A DNA stretch of 32,000 nucleotides. Origin: Pseudomonas phage phiKZ. The DNA is taken from sequence record NC_004629.1, one strand, 5' to 3'. The notes under the pieces were generated by a model. That model saw only the letters and a program-made list of their open reading frames with translations. It was not told the DNA's origin and made no database searches. This document shows positions 14,482 to 24,993 of this stretch, in pieces; positions within the stretch are counted from its first letter, which is position 1, and every line of letters starts with the position of its first letter. A program made the translations under genes and the position numbers.

Positions 14482-16797
14482 ATGGCCCACGGTGAAACTG
14501 GGTTATATCCATTCGACCCCAATGGAACAAATCCCCAGAACTTTATTAAAGGTGAGCGCCAAACTCTCCAGGTACCAGATGGTGATGATTATTATTTCAT
14601 TATACCATTTGCTGCACCTTTCTTTGTAGATTCATTACGACTATTTAACCCACTGACCAATCAGACTTATGTAGAAGGTGTTGATTACCTTATTGGGCAT
14701 TGGTTTATTGAAGCTATGGAATCGATAGGTAGACCTATCGCTGGATCTATACGTATCATGAAGCGTTCGATAAACGCTATGATTGGTATGGATTATCGTA
14801 CAATAGGTGGGCAATGGGGATTTAGTAATCAGCAGATCCTGGCTGAGCTTGCACGCAAACAGTATAACCCCTTGATTCGGTCATGGGGTGCAATTGGTCC
14901 ATTACCTGCTTCTTTCCCACCTTTAGAACACAATCAACCTATTGATTCATTAGTAGGTAGTAAAGAGATTCTTGAAGGTATCGAAGGGATTATAGAAGCT
15001 ATCCGTGCTGCGGCTGCCGGTACAACTGACCAACATATTCATGATTATAATAACCCACACAGGGTAACTAAAGCACAAGTTGGCTTGTCACTAGTTCCAA
15101 ACTATGCAATGGCAAGTGATCAACAGCATTTAGATGCTAATCGTAATGATCTATTTACGAACCCACGTGGTACATTAGCATTAGTTAATAAGTTTGCCGT
15201 AAATCCGCTTAATGCCCACATAGCGGCTAGGGGTAACGTACACGGTCTAACAGCAGCTGATATTAATTTAGGTAATGTTCCTAACTACCCAGCTGCAACA
15301 CCAACTACTGCGGTAGACGTAACTAATGATTCGGTATTATTAACACCTTATACTGCATCTATTCTCTATAGTCAGATTGGTGATGCTTCTAGAATTAATG
15401 AACTAGAAGAGAAACTTAATCAACATATTAGTAATGAAAATAACCCACACGTTGTAACTGCCGACCAGGTTAATGCATATACTAAAACACAAGTTGATCA
15501 ACTACTGGCAGGACTAGGTGGTGGTGATGCTTCTACCTTTGGTGGATTAACACCTGAGCAATGGAAAGATGAATTCCCATCATTCGGTGATATTGAAAGG
15601 ATGGCAGCCGGCTATAACGCTAACTGGGATGATGTACAATTAAAGATAGATACATTACCAGTTATTGTGGATGATACTAGTGAATATGACCGAATGGAAT
15701 TAATTCAAGGTGTCACGGCAGGTTTCCATGCTTATGCTGGATTTAATAGTTGGTGGGATTGTACAATTGTCAGAGATGACTGTGTAGTTCATCCTAAATC
15801 GCCAGCTAACCCTTATGCTGTTATACCAGAGCGTTTAGGATATGCTCAGGAATCCTGGGTATCTCACCGATATGGTCAGTATTGGGTAGAGAATGGTGTA
15901 GCCAAGTCAGCATGTATCGATGAAACTAAAGTCGATGAGATGATACCAATTCCAGTAGAATGGACTGCACCTATAGATGGAAATATTCCTTCAAGTATCT
16001 GGGCGAATAAAACATCTCTGTATATGTTAACAGGTAAGTTCATCTTTAGTTCAACAGGTGAATCAGCAATCTTTGAGCACCAAGATCTTTATCGTTGTGT
16101 TAAAGGTGGTACATCTGAACTATTAGTACCTGCTGCTAATAAACCATGGGCTATATTTACCAATACTGAAGACACCTATCCTGGTGAAATGACAGTTGTT
16201 GTAAACATAGGTCCAGCTAGCAGTGCTGACTATGTATATACAGCTTATGGTATCCCAAGCTTCATTAGTGCTTTTAATGATTTTGTTAACAACACAATTA
16301 AACCATTGAATCATGTTATTGATTCAATGTCAATTGGTTGCACCCACATCATCATGCATTCAATAGATCCATTAGTTGCTCCTGAAGATTATACATCTGA
16401 ATCTAGTAAAGTACATGTCATGGAAATCATCCGCAATGGTAATGATACATCCTTTATGGTTATCTCGCCATTATGGTTTGATGGACGTGGTAACGATGTA
16501 ACTGCTAATGTAAATAGTAACCCAATTGGTGGTGTATCAGGATTGTACACACATTACACAGTGATGTATGGTGATGGCCAAATCGCTTTCTTCGGAAATA
16601 ACGATAATGGACAATGTGACGTAGATGACCATGCTGGACCATATATTCAATTGGCAGCAGGGCATAATTTCACTGTGACAGTAAATACTTTGAATCAAGT
16701 CATGTTCTGGGGAGATTCACCTGATAACTCCTTATTATGGAATGGCAGGGGTACACGTGTGAAACATATTGAACCAACTCCACCCACTGGTCCATAA
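14482..16797 (+). CDS. Tail-fibre/receptor-binding-like protein with NPH repeats and RCC1-like C-terminus (771 aa)
   Basis: Strong SD AAAGGAGG. N-terminal YPFDPNGTNPQNFIKGERQTL shared with next fibres; repeats HIHDYNNPHRVTKAQVGL, HIAARGNVHGLTAADINLGNV, HISNENNPHVVTADQV; C-terminal HYTVMYGDGQIAFFGNNDNGQC..AGHNFTVTVNTLNQVMFWG. Confidence 0.8.
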   Translation: MAHGETGLYPFDPNGTNPQNFIKGERQTLQVPDGDDYYFIIPFAAPFFVDSLRLFNPLTNQTYVEGVDYLIGHWFIEAMESIGRPIAGSIRIMKRSINAMIGMDYRTIGGQWGFSNQQILAELARKQYNPLIRSWGAIGPLPASFPPLEHNQPIDSLVGSKEILEGIEGIIEAIRAAAAGTTDQHIHDYNNPHRVTKAQVGLSLVPNYAMASDQQHLDANRNDLFTNPRGTLALVNKFAVNPLNAHIAARGNVHGLTAADINLGNVPNYPAATPTTAVDVTNDSVLLTPYTASILYSQIGDASRINELEEKLNQHISNENNPHVVTADQVNAYTKTQVDQLLAGLGGGDASTFGGLTPEQWKDEFPSFGDIERMAAGYNANWDDVQLKIDTLPVIVDDTSEYDRMELIQGVTAGFHAYAGFNSWWDCTIVRDDCVVHPKSPANPYAVIPERLGYAQESWVSHRYGQYWVENGVAKSACIDETKVDEMIPIPVEWTAPIDGNIPSSIWANKTSLYMLTGKFIFSSTGESAIFEHQDLYRCVKGGTSELLVPAANKPWAIFTNTEDTYPGEMTVVVNIGPASSADYVYTAYGIPSFISAFNDFVNNTIKPLNHVIDSMSIGCTHIIMHSIDPLVAPEDYTSESSKVHVMEIIRNGNDTSFMVISPLWFDGRGNDVTANVNSNPIGGVSGLYTHYTVMYGDGQIAFFGNNDNGQCDVDDHAGPYIQLAAGHNFTVTVNTLNQVMFWGDSPDNSLLWNGRGTRVKHIEPTPPTGP

Positions 16798-16809
16798 GAG
16801 GATTTAAAA

Positions 16810-17142
16810 ATGGCAGAAGTTACACGTCAAGAGATGGATGCTCAAATAAATGTTTCTATTAGTAATCAAGGCTTATTTACTAAGGCAGTCCTTAATAAAT
16901 TCATAGCCGTTATTAATAGGATCAATGGGCATATTGCAGCTAGAGGTAACCCACATAATCTGCAACCATCGGATATTGGTCTTGGTAATGTGGCTAACTA
17001 TCGTCCAGCTACTAAGAAGCGTGCACAAGAAGGTTTCAATAACACTACGTACATGACTCCTAAACGGACAGATGATTATAATCGAGTGCACATATACGGT
17101 CCACTTGCGAAATTATTTAATGACGCAGCAGACCGTCTATAA
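16810..17142 (+). CDS. Small NPH-repeat fibre-domain protein (110 aa)
   Basis: INGHIAARGNPHNLQPSDIGLGNVANYRPAT, closely resembling a segment of the preceding gene. Confidence 0.75.
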   Translation: MAEVTRQEMDAQINVSISNQGLFTKAVLNKFIAVINRINGHIAARGNPHNLQPSDIGLGNVANYRPATKKRAQEGFNNTTYMTPKRTDDYNRVHIYGPLAKLFNDAADRL

Positions 17143-17159
17143 ACATCTGACCTGGCATA

Positions 17160-17190
17160 AGAGACACAGCCAAAAGCTGTGTCTCTTTTT
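17160..17190 (+). terminator. Strong intrinsic terminator
   Basis: AGAGACACAGC-CAAAA-GCTGTGTCTCT (17160-17186) + TTTT. Confidence 0.9.
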
Positions 17191-17216
17191 GCTGTTTCAG
17201 TTAAAAGGTATTTCTT

Positions 17217-18605
17217 ATGTATAATCCTATTTTACAATTACCATTTGATCCATTAGGTACAAATCCAGATTGTTTCATTGGTAGCGAGCCTCATACTCTA
17301 GTTCAGTATCAGGGATTCGACTATAGAATCATCAAGTTATATCATGGTGGATTCTATACAAAAGGGTTAGAAGTTTATGATGGTAAATATAATCGTTTAG
17401 TTAAAGATATTGATTATATTGTTACTTATTATCACAAAGATGCTAGTGCGTATGTCGGTCAAGAAATATGTTCAGCAATTGTTTTCTTAAAAACACCTAG
17501 TACACCAATAGTGTATACTTCAGCTCACATGGTAGGCGGTGATCTAGCGTTTAGTTTCACAGTTATCGACGATTATATTAACTGGTGGAAAACAAATGGT
17601 AAGCCAAAGCCAAAAGATCTCGACTACACTGGTAACGAACCATATTGGAAAGACGGTGAGTTAGTTGGCGAACGATGGCATCTTGATACGTATCAGCCTT
17701 ATAATAACGAGATGGAGTGGATAACACAGGCACTCATGGCTGGTGATACAAGCGGTGAAGATGAATACCGTAGTAAAGTTAAAGAGATTTATGATGAGTT
17801 CTTAAAGAAATTTAATGATCGCCTAGAAAAACATATTCAAGATAAAGCTAATCCACACAAGATTACCCCAACTAATGTTGAACTAGGTTTAGTTAATAAC
17901 TTTCCATTGGCTACTCCAGCCATTGCTCAACTAGGTCAATCTAATGCACATTATCTAACACCGCAGTTAGCATATGGCGTATTAGATGAAATAGCTATAA
18001 AACCACTTAATGCCCACATAGCTCGCCGTGATAATCCACATAAAGTCAAAAATACGCATGTACAGTCGTATTTGAAAAGTGATTTTGATTCACGAATTAC
18101 TGGTAAATATTTAAAGACTGATACAGTAGCTAATACTAATATGGTTTATTATAAACCTAAAGGGCAACCAACTGCTACTTTAATGGGTTATAGCGATCTT
18201 ATTTGGTGGATGCGTAAGAACTTTGACACAGACGTGAACTTTACAGCTGGCGATGGCCAGAGTAATGTCATCAATATAAATCGGATTGGTTCCGGGGCAA
18301 TGGGACAATGGAAAGCACCACTCCGTGGGAATGGTATTTTTACACACTTTGATCAATTAGCCACAGAGTATTCATATCCGGTTAAGTTAAAGTTTTATGC
18401 ACTAGGATTACAACCATCCGTGCAAGCAGCATTAGATTTCTGTAGAACTAACTTCACTAATCCAGATGCATGGCCTATTAGATCTACTGTATTCTTCACT
18501 ATTAAAGAACAGAAAATCCAGGCAGCTGGTAACGGATTGATTTTCGTTGATTATACTCCTAACTACGTGTGTTTCCGTTCACAAGGTGGCTGGGTAATTC
18601 CATAA
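17217..18605 (+). CDS. Tail-fibre-like virion protein, paralogue 1 (462 aa)
   Basis: LPFDPLGTNPDCFIGSEPHTL N-terminus; HIQDKANPHKITPTNVELGLV and HIARRDNPHKV repeats. Confidence 0.8.
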   Translation: MYNPILQLPFDPLGTNPDCFIGSEPHTLVQYQGFDYRIIKLYHGGFYTKGLEVYDGKYNRLVKDIDYIVTYYHKDASAYVGQEICSAIVFLKTPSTPIVYTSAHMVGGDLAFSFTVIDDYINWWKTNGKPKPKDLDYTGNEPYWKDGELVGERWHLDTYQPYNNEMEWITQALMAGDTSGEDEYRSKVKEIYDEFLKKFNDRLEKHIQDKANPHKITPTNVELGLVNNFPLATPAIAQLGQSNAHYLTPQLAYGVLDEIAIKPLNAHIARRDNPHKVKNTHVQSYLKSDFDSRITGKYLKTDTVANTNMVYYKPKGQPTATLMGYSDLIWWMRKNFDTDVNFTAGDGQSNVININRIGSGAMGQWKAPLRGNGIFTHFDQLATEYSYPVKLKFYALGLQPSVQAALDFCRTNFTNPDAWPIRSTVFFTIKEQKIQAAGNGLIFVDYTPNYVCFRSQGGWVIP

Positions 18606-18616
18606 GGATAGTTTAG

Positions 18617-19990
18617 ATGAATCCATTACTTTTACCTCTTCCATTTGATGAAACTGGAGAGAGTTATAGTAACCGAACAAAGGGTGAATACCATTCACTA
18701 GCAAAACAGAAAGGATTCCCCTATCGCATCATCGTGATGGATAAGGGTTACTTTTACACTAAAGGAATGGTTATCAGAGATGGTAGGCAGAATGAGTTAA
18801 ATCCAGAAATGGATTATCAGTGTACTGGTATTAATCCAGAAGTAATCGAGAAGACTGGACTTGAAGCGTGTTCAGTAATTGTTATTACAAAACAAGATGT
18901 CCACGAGGATATTTACATTGATGCTCAGATGTGCGGTGGTATATACTGTAACCTTGCCCCTTCCATATCTGAGCATGCTAACGCTCTTTTAAATAATACC
19001 CGTAAACCACATTGGTCTAATATTTTAGATATTCCTGACCAATTTAAACCTAATGGACATATGCATGCCTATTGGGAACTTTATGGTTTTACGCCTAGAG
19101 TTGTTAAGTTAAAAGAAATAACTGACTTATTAAAGAAAAGCTCATCAGACTCATATGACTCCATTTTAGATGAGTTTAAATATCAGTTAAGTCTAATAGA
19201 AGCTGATCTTAATACAATTGAAGCACGACTTACTACACACATCAATGATACCACCACTAACCCACACCAGACACGTAAAGGGCAAGTGGCATTAGGTAAT
19301 GTTTATAATGCTGGCATTGCAACTGAAACACAAGCCAAACAGCCAAATGGCGCTATCATGAATGTCTATGCTACGCCATGGTCAATGAAGTTATCAGTTG
19401 ATACCAATTATACAGTTCAATATCTGGCACACGTTAATGATGTCACCACTAACCCACACAGGGTAACGGCTGAACAATTAAATACGTATACTGTTACTCA
19501 AGCTAATATTTTACTAAATCAAAAATTAGATAAAGGTAAAACAGCCAATACGTCTAAACTTTTATTTGGTCAAGATGTTTATAGCATGGGTGAAACAGTA
19601 CGTGCTAAAATGCCTTTAAGTGTATTGACGACTGGTCGACTAGCACCTGGTAGGATTGGTAATTCAGCTACCTGGCCAGGCCGTGATTGGACATTGATGC
19701 CTAATGGTCAATGGACTCATTTCGGTTTTATATTTAATCGCTTCCAAAAAACAGGAACGATGGTCCACTGGAATAACACCAACTTTAAGTCTATTCAAGA
19801 AGCAATTGCTTTCCATAACACATACTTCTCAGATCCTGAACAATGGTGGCCTGGTTCGTTAGCTATTTGCCATTACGATCAAGAATTCGTTATTGGACAT
19901 GGCAATGGTACAACAGCTACTTCCTATAGGAATACTCTATTCCTACGTAAAGTTGGATCAACGTGGACTAATATAGGGGAACCGGCATAA
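18617..19990 (+). CDS. Tail-fibre-like virion protein, paralogue 2 (457 aa)
   Basis: LPFDETGESYSNRTKGEYHSL..GYFYTKGM N-terminus; HINDTTTNPHQTRKGQVALGNV and HVNDVTTNPHRVTAEQL. Confidence 0.8.
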   Translation: MNPLLLPLPFDETGESYSNRTKGEYHSLAKQKGFPYRIIVMDKGYFYTKGMVIRDGRQNELNPEMDYQCTGINPEVIEKTGLEACSVIVITKQDVHEDIYIDAQMCGGIYCNLAPSISEHANALLNNTRKPHWSNILDIPDQFKPNGHMHAYWELYGFTPRVVKLKEITDLLKKSSSDSYDSILDEFKYQLSLIEADLNTIEARLTTHINDTTTNPHQTRKGQVALGNVYNAGIATETQAKQPNGAIMNVYATPWSMKLSVDTNYTVQYLAHVNDVTTNPHRVTAEQLNTYTVTQANILLNQKLDKGKTANTSKLLFGQDVYSMGETVRAKMPLSVLTTGRLAPGRIGNSATWPGRDWTLMPNGQWTHFGFIFNRFQKTGTMVHWNNTNFKSIQEAIAFHNTYFSDPEQWWPGSLAICHYDQEFVIGHGNGTTATSYRNTLFLRKVGSTWTNIGEPA

Positions 19991-21381
19991 TGATTACTTT
20001 TTTACCATTAGATCTAAAAGCTAAATTAGCATCTAATTACATTGTAGATGAGGATCACACACTTATTCAAGTCAATAATAAAACACATCGCGTACTTATG
20101 TGTACACATGGTGGTTTTTATACTAAGGACTTTAATCTACGTGATAAGAAGACTGGTTTATCTTTAAACAAAGATCAATATAAAACAACCTATCTTTATT
20201 CACAGTTATCTGAAATGACTGGCTTAGAAGTAATGGGTATTGTTGTAGTAACTGATCCTAATGTTAGTCCTAATGTCCAAGTTACATATAGAGCAGTTGG
20301 TGGTTTCTTTAGTATTTCAGCATTAGAACTTAAAGCTGTTTTTGATAAACTTGAATTAGATGAATTAAGTTTCACTTGGGATGATATTATTGGTAAACCC
20401 GATGCATATCCGCCTGCACCTCACGGCCATGAATATTGGCAGATTTATGGCACAGATACAATGGTAACTGAATTAAACCGAATAGCACATGCTTATCGGG
20501 TCGGTAGAAGTGCCATGGATAATGCTGCCGATGATTATTATAAAGTTTATCTCACTGATGCAAAAACCGCTGTGGACGATTATAGAGATCGAGTTACAGC
20601 ACACTTAACTGATTATAATAATCCGCATGCTGATGATCGATTCAAGTTAATTCCACCGCTTGATAAGATATCCAACTGGGGTTTTGCTACTGAAGCTGAG
20701 TCAGTTAATAGAAACGTAAATAATAAATACATGCCAATTGGTGGTATTTATCGTATTCTTAATATTGATACGTTGGCTAAACTTGCAGCACATATTAAAA
20801 ACTTTAATAACCCACATGCTGTCACAGCTGACCAAGTTGGATCATATACCAAACCAGTGATGGATTCTAAAATAACTCCATTATTAGGTATTAATGAACA
20901 AGCTGCTAATGCGACCACTATTGGTGCTACTACTAATAGTCAGGGTTATCCAGTTACTGGAACAGGTAAGGTATATCAGAATTTCTGGAATGATGTTCGA
21001 AAAGATATTCCAGCTGAAGAAGTAACTAGTGGCGTATTTAAATGGAATGCATTAGGTAAAGGTAATGCATCAATATTAAATGACCCTGAGAGATATTATC
21101 TAGCGAGCGATGGTACTTGGCAAGACTGGGTTGAAGCTTTTAAAGAGTGGAACAAAGATAAGATTAAAGCCATTACCTTAGGTCAGGTAAATAGTGAAGC
21201 AGAAGCATTAAACACGTTAAATACGATGTTTACAGATAATACCAAATATCCTGAAGGCACTTACGCTGTTGTAGGTGTTAGAACTAATACCCCCTTTGAA
21301 GCCTATTATTACCAGCAATATGTAGCAGTTAGAAATAATGGTACATGGCGTTGGATGATTCGAGCTGGAGCACTTGTATAA
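19990..21381 (+). CDS. Tail-fibre-like virion protein, paralogue 3 (463 aa)
   Basis: TAATG overlap with previous gene; LPLDLKAK..DEDHTLIQ..THGGFYTKDF; HLTDYNNPHADD and HIKNFNNPHAVTADQVG. Confidence 0.8.
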   Translation: MITFLPLDLKAKLASNYIVDEDHTLIQVNNKTHRVLMCTHGGFYTKDFNLRDKKTGLSLNKDQYKTTYLYSQLSEMTGLEVMGIVVVTDPNVSPNVQVTYRAVGGFFSISALELKAVFDKLELDELSFTWDDIIGKPDAYPPAPHGHEYWQIYGTDTMVTELNRIAHAYRVGRSAMDNAADDYYKVYLTDAKTAVDDYRDRVTAHLTDYNNPHADDRFKLIPPLDKISNWGFATEAESVNRNVNNKYMPIGGIYRILNIDTLAKLAAHIKNFNNPHAVTADQVGSYTKPVMDSKITPLLGINEQAANATTIGATTNSQGYPVTGTGKVYQNFWNDVRKDIPAEEVTSGVFKWNALGKGNASILNDPERYYLASDGTWQDWVEAFKEWNKDKIKAITLGQVNSEAEALNTLNTMFTDNTKYPEGTYAVVGVRTNTPFEAYYYQQYVAVRNNGTWRWMIRAGALV

Positions 21382-21983
21382 TGAATAATCCGTTATCACT
21401 CCAAGAACTATCTTTAGCTACTGCGCCTACTGAAGATAAAGTAAAAGTACTATTAATGTTTAACCGTACTTCTGAGGTATTCCTACAAAGCGTAGGCTAT
21501 CTACCTTTAGATGCATTCGATGCTAAGTCACGTGAGCACACCATTTTTGTTGAAGCAGAAATGGGTACTTATGATGTAGTCGTAAGTAATACACCTGGTA
21601 AACAACCTACACTTTCTGATTGGAAGATTGTTCCTAAAGAAGAAGCGCCACAAGTGATTACTGAAGATCACTTAAATAGTAAAGTGGCCTACAAAATTAC
21701 TGAACGCTATCCAGTGACTGAGCAAATTAATATCCTTGCACGTGCAATTAAACAGCTAGCTGAAAAATATGGTCAAGAGTTAGATGAACTAGAAGAAATG
21801 CTTGATTATATTGATCTTGTTAAACGAACTAATCGCGCGCATAAGGAGGCCCTAATTGAGAGCCCAGACGTTATCTATAAATCCAGGGAAGATCTCGACG
21901 CTGAGAAAGCACATCGATATGCAGGTGGCCTGCATGAGCTTATCGGCCCACGAAAGATCGACCAAGGACGTGTTTTCAGCTGA
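21381..21983 (+). CDS. Hypothetical, fibre-associated (200 aa; track start 21345 probably too early)
   Basis: ATG at 21381 overlaps the previous stop (TAATG), giving MNNPLSLQELSLATAPTED... Confidence 0.7.
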   Translation: MNNPLSLQELSLATAPTEDKVKVLLMFNRTSEVFLQSVGYLPLDAFDAKSREHTIFVEAEMGTYDVVVSNTPGKQPTLSDWKIVPKEEAPQVITEDHLNSKVAYKITERYPVTEQINILARAIKQLAEKYGQELDELEEMLDYIDLVKRTNRAHKEALIESPDVIYKSREDLDAEKAHRYAGGLHELIGPRKIDQGRVFS

Positions 21984-22416
21984 ATTTGCAGCTGACCTTG
22001 TATCTTATCTGGATACACTAGGAGATTCCTGGTGGTTTAATCGGAAAAAAATTAATAGTATCCCAACTAAAGGTATCACTGAATGTGATTATTGGTTTTT
22101 AGGTCATAACCAAATGCCAATGGAATTACGGGAATTACTATTTCATATTGCACCTAAGGTAGAAGGTGCTTGGTTAGGCGAAGTTCTAATCAACCGATAT
22201 GAAATTGGTACAGGTATGCCTGAACACATCGACCAAGCTGTTTATCGTTACAACATGGTTATTGCATTAAATGACAATGGCGATGGTATAACGATCAATG
22301 GTGAGTTTTATCAGGATGTACCAGGTAGGGCTACTATTTTTCCAATCCGTTCAGAGCCACATGAAGTCCCTCCAGTTAAAAATAAAAGATACGTCCTTAT
22401 ATATCTCTACGAGTAG
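21934..22416 (+). CDS. 2OG-Fe(II) oxygenase-like protein (about 160 aa; alternative starts 21919 or TTG 21856)
   Basis: HxD (HID, 22285-22293) ... distal His (22360-22362) ... Arg (22387-22389) in INRYEIGTGMPEHIDQAVYRYNMVIALND..GRATIFPIRSEPHEVPPVKNKRYVLIYLYE. Confidence 0.75.
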   Translation: MSLSAHERSTKDVFSAEFAADLVSYLDTLGDSWWFNRKKINSIPTKGITECDYWFLGHNQMPMELRELLFHIAPKVEGAWLGEVLINRYEIGTGMPEHIDQAVYRYNMVIALNDNGDGITINGEFYQDVPGRATIFPIRSEPHEVPPVKNKRYVLIYLYE

Positions 22417-22424
22417 GGTACAAC

Positions 22425-22913
22425 ATGGCAATTAAACTTAAGACTCTATCTAAGACAGAACTAAAAACATTAACAAAGCTTAAAGGTGAAGTTTCATTTA
22501 GAGACTCATATGGCCACCGTATGCGAGTTGGCACTAATGGCCTTAAAGCATGTAGTGTTTATAATACTTCAAAATGGTTTAATTGGACTGCTAAACAGCG
22601 TAAAGAAATTAAACCAATTTTAGGCGAAGAACTATTTAACAAAGCACTGCAAGTATGGTTTTTAGATTTCCCCAAAATAGATGGATTTCTAGATGAGATG
22701 AATTATTGGGTAGATAAACCCGAGTCCGGTACTATTCTTGCTTGGAATATTGGACCTGATGCTAAGTTCATTTTAGATGGTGAGGAACTATTAATTGGAA
22801 AAGGTGAAGGATTAGTATTCCATCTATCCCAATTACATGAAGTAAAACGCTCCCATAATGGACAATCATGGATCTGTGTAATGGTACGTGGTGCTCCTGA
22901 AAAATTTGCTTAA
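22425..22913 (+). CDS. Degenerate 2OG oxygenase-fold-like protein (162 aa)
   Basis: WVDKPESGTILAWNIGPDAKFILDGEELLIGKGEGLVFHLSQLHEV aligns by eye with the preceding protein, but the first His is Trp and the distal Arg is absent. Confidence 0.5.
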   Translation: MAIKLKTLSKTELKTLTKLKGEVSFRDSYGHRMRVGTNGLKACSVYNTSKWFNWTAKQRKEIKPILGEELFNKALQVWFLDFPKIDGFLDEMNYWVDKPESGTILAWNIGPDAKFILDGEELLIGKGEGLVFHLSQLHEVKRSHNGQSWICVMVRGAPEKFA

Positions 22914-22922
22914 CAGCATAAA

Positions 22923-22942
22923 TCCCCTCCATATGGAGGGGA
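22923..22942 (+). terminator. Putative hairpin terminator
   Basis: TCCCCTCC-ATAT-GGAGGGGA; CATA at 22917-22920; no clear U-tract. Confidence 0.6.
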
Positions 22943-22978
22943 ACTCTTACAAATTTACTCAATAGTACAGTGTACTAA

Positions 22979-23905
<927 letters not shown>

Positions 23906-23907
23906 AT

Positions 23908-24471
23908 ATGCTTAAGCTTCCAGCGAGTGATGAGCCATTTCGGGTACTAGCATTAGACCCTGGTTCACAAAACCTCGGCATAGCTATTCTGGAAGATAAG
24001 TTGGATGGAAGTAATAAGGTGGTACGTAATGCATTTACCTGCCACCTTAAAGATACAAATCCGGCATATGCTGCCATCTCCGAGGTTCATGGTAGTAGAT
24101 TTACTAGAATGCAGCAAATGAGTGATGTGGTACTAAATATACTACATACTGAAAAACCACATGCAGTTATTGTAGAGTCTAACTATCTTGGTAAGTTTGC
24201 CCAAAGCTTCGCTGTACTTGTAGAATGTGTGACCTATGTACATAGAGCATTATACGAGTATGATAGATTTATACCTTTATACATGATTGATCCTACTACA
24301 GTTAAAATCAATGCGGGTATGAAAAAAGTAAAGGGTACTACTAAAGATGATGTTAAAGAAGCAATGCGTTCTCGTACTGACATCACATGGAACATCGATA
24401 TAGATAGTCTAGATGACCACTCTATGGATGCTTGTGCGATAGCTTACTACTACCTTACTAGGATTGTTTAA
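23908..24471 (+). CDS. RuvC-like Holliday-junction resolvase/nuclease (187 aa)
   Basis: LALDPGSQNLGIAIL (RNase H-fold motif 1), AVIVESNYLGKFAQSFAVLVECV (Glu motif), DSLDDHSMDACAIAYYYL (C-terminal DD motif). Confidence 0.8.
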   Translation: MLKLPASDEPFRVLALDPGSQNLGIAILEDKLDGSNKVVRNAFTCHLKDTNPAYAAISEVHGSRFTRMQQMSDVVLNILHTEKPHAVIVESNYLGKFAQSFAVLVECVTYVHRALYEYDRFIPLYMIDPTTVKINAGMKKVKGTTKDDVKEAMRSRTDITWNIDIDSLDDHSMDACAIAYYYLTRIV

Positions 24472-24486
24472 CAATTCGAGGTAACA

Positions 24487-24993
24487 ATGTTCCTATTAGC
24501 AGGTATACGAAAAATAATTGGTAGCGTGCCATTGCATATATGGTTACTATTAGTTATTCTGATAGGTGCCTTAATTGGTATCATATATTACAAAAATAGT
24601 TATGAGACGGAACTTGTTCGCTCTACAGATTTAATTGGAAAAATTAAATCTTATGAAGCGGCAGAAAAGGTTAGGATTGAATCAGATCGTATCTCCGATA
24701 AAATTCAAGCTGAACTAATTACTAAAAAGAAAGAGATACAAAAAGAGCAGGCGCAATCACGCACTGAGGTGATTGATGAGTACATTAGTTTATCAGGTCG
24801 TGGATATACTCCACCTGTATGGCCTGAGGTTAAAGCTAAAACAACTAATGGGGAAAGCACCACTACTGAGATTAAACATGAAACTGACACAAAAAAAGAT
24901 AACATTAATAAGTCTATTAATGCTATTGCTAAACGGATGTACGAGCACTACTGTGCCGCCTCCCGTGAAAATACCAGTTGCAATCCCAAGTAG
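24487..24993 (+). CDS. i-spanin (Rz-like), 168 aa
   Basis: N-terminal TM (PLHIWLLLVILIGALIGIIYY) then charged helical periplasmic region; between nuclease and endolysin genes. Confidence 0.65.
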   Translation: MFLLAGIRKIIGSVPLHIWLLLVILIGALIGIIYYKNSYETELVRSTDLIGKIKSYEAAEKVRIESDRISDKIQAELITKKKEIQKEQAQSRTEVIDEYISLSGRGYTPPVWPEVKAKTTNGESTTTEIKHETDTKKDNINKSINAIAKRMYEHYCAASRENTSCNPK

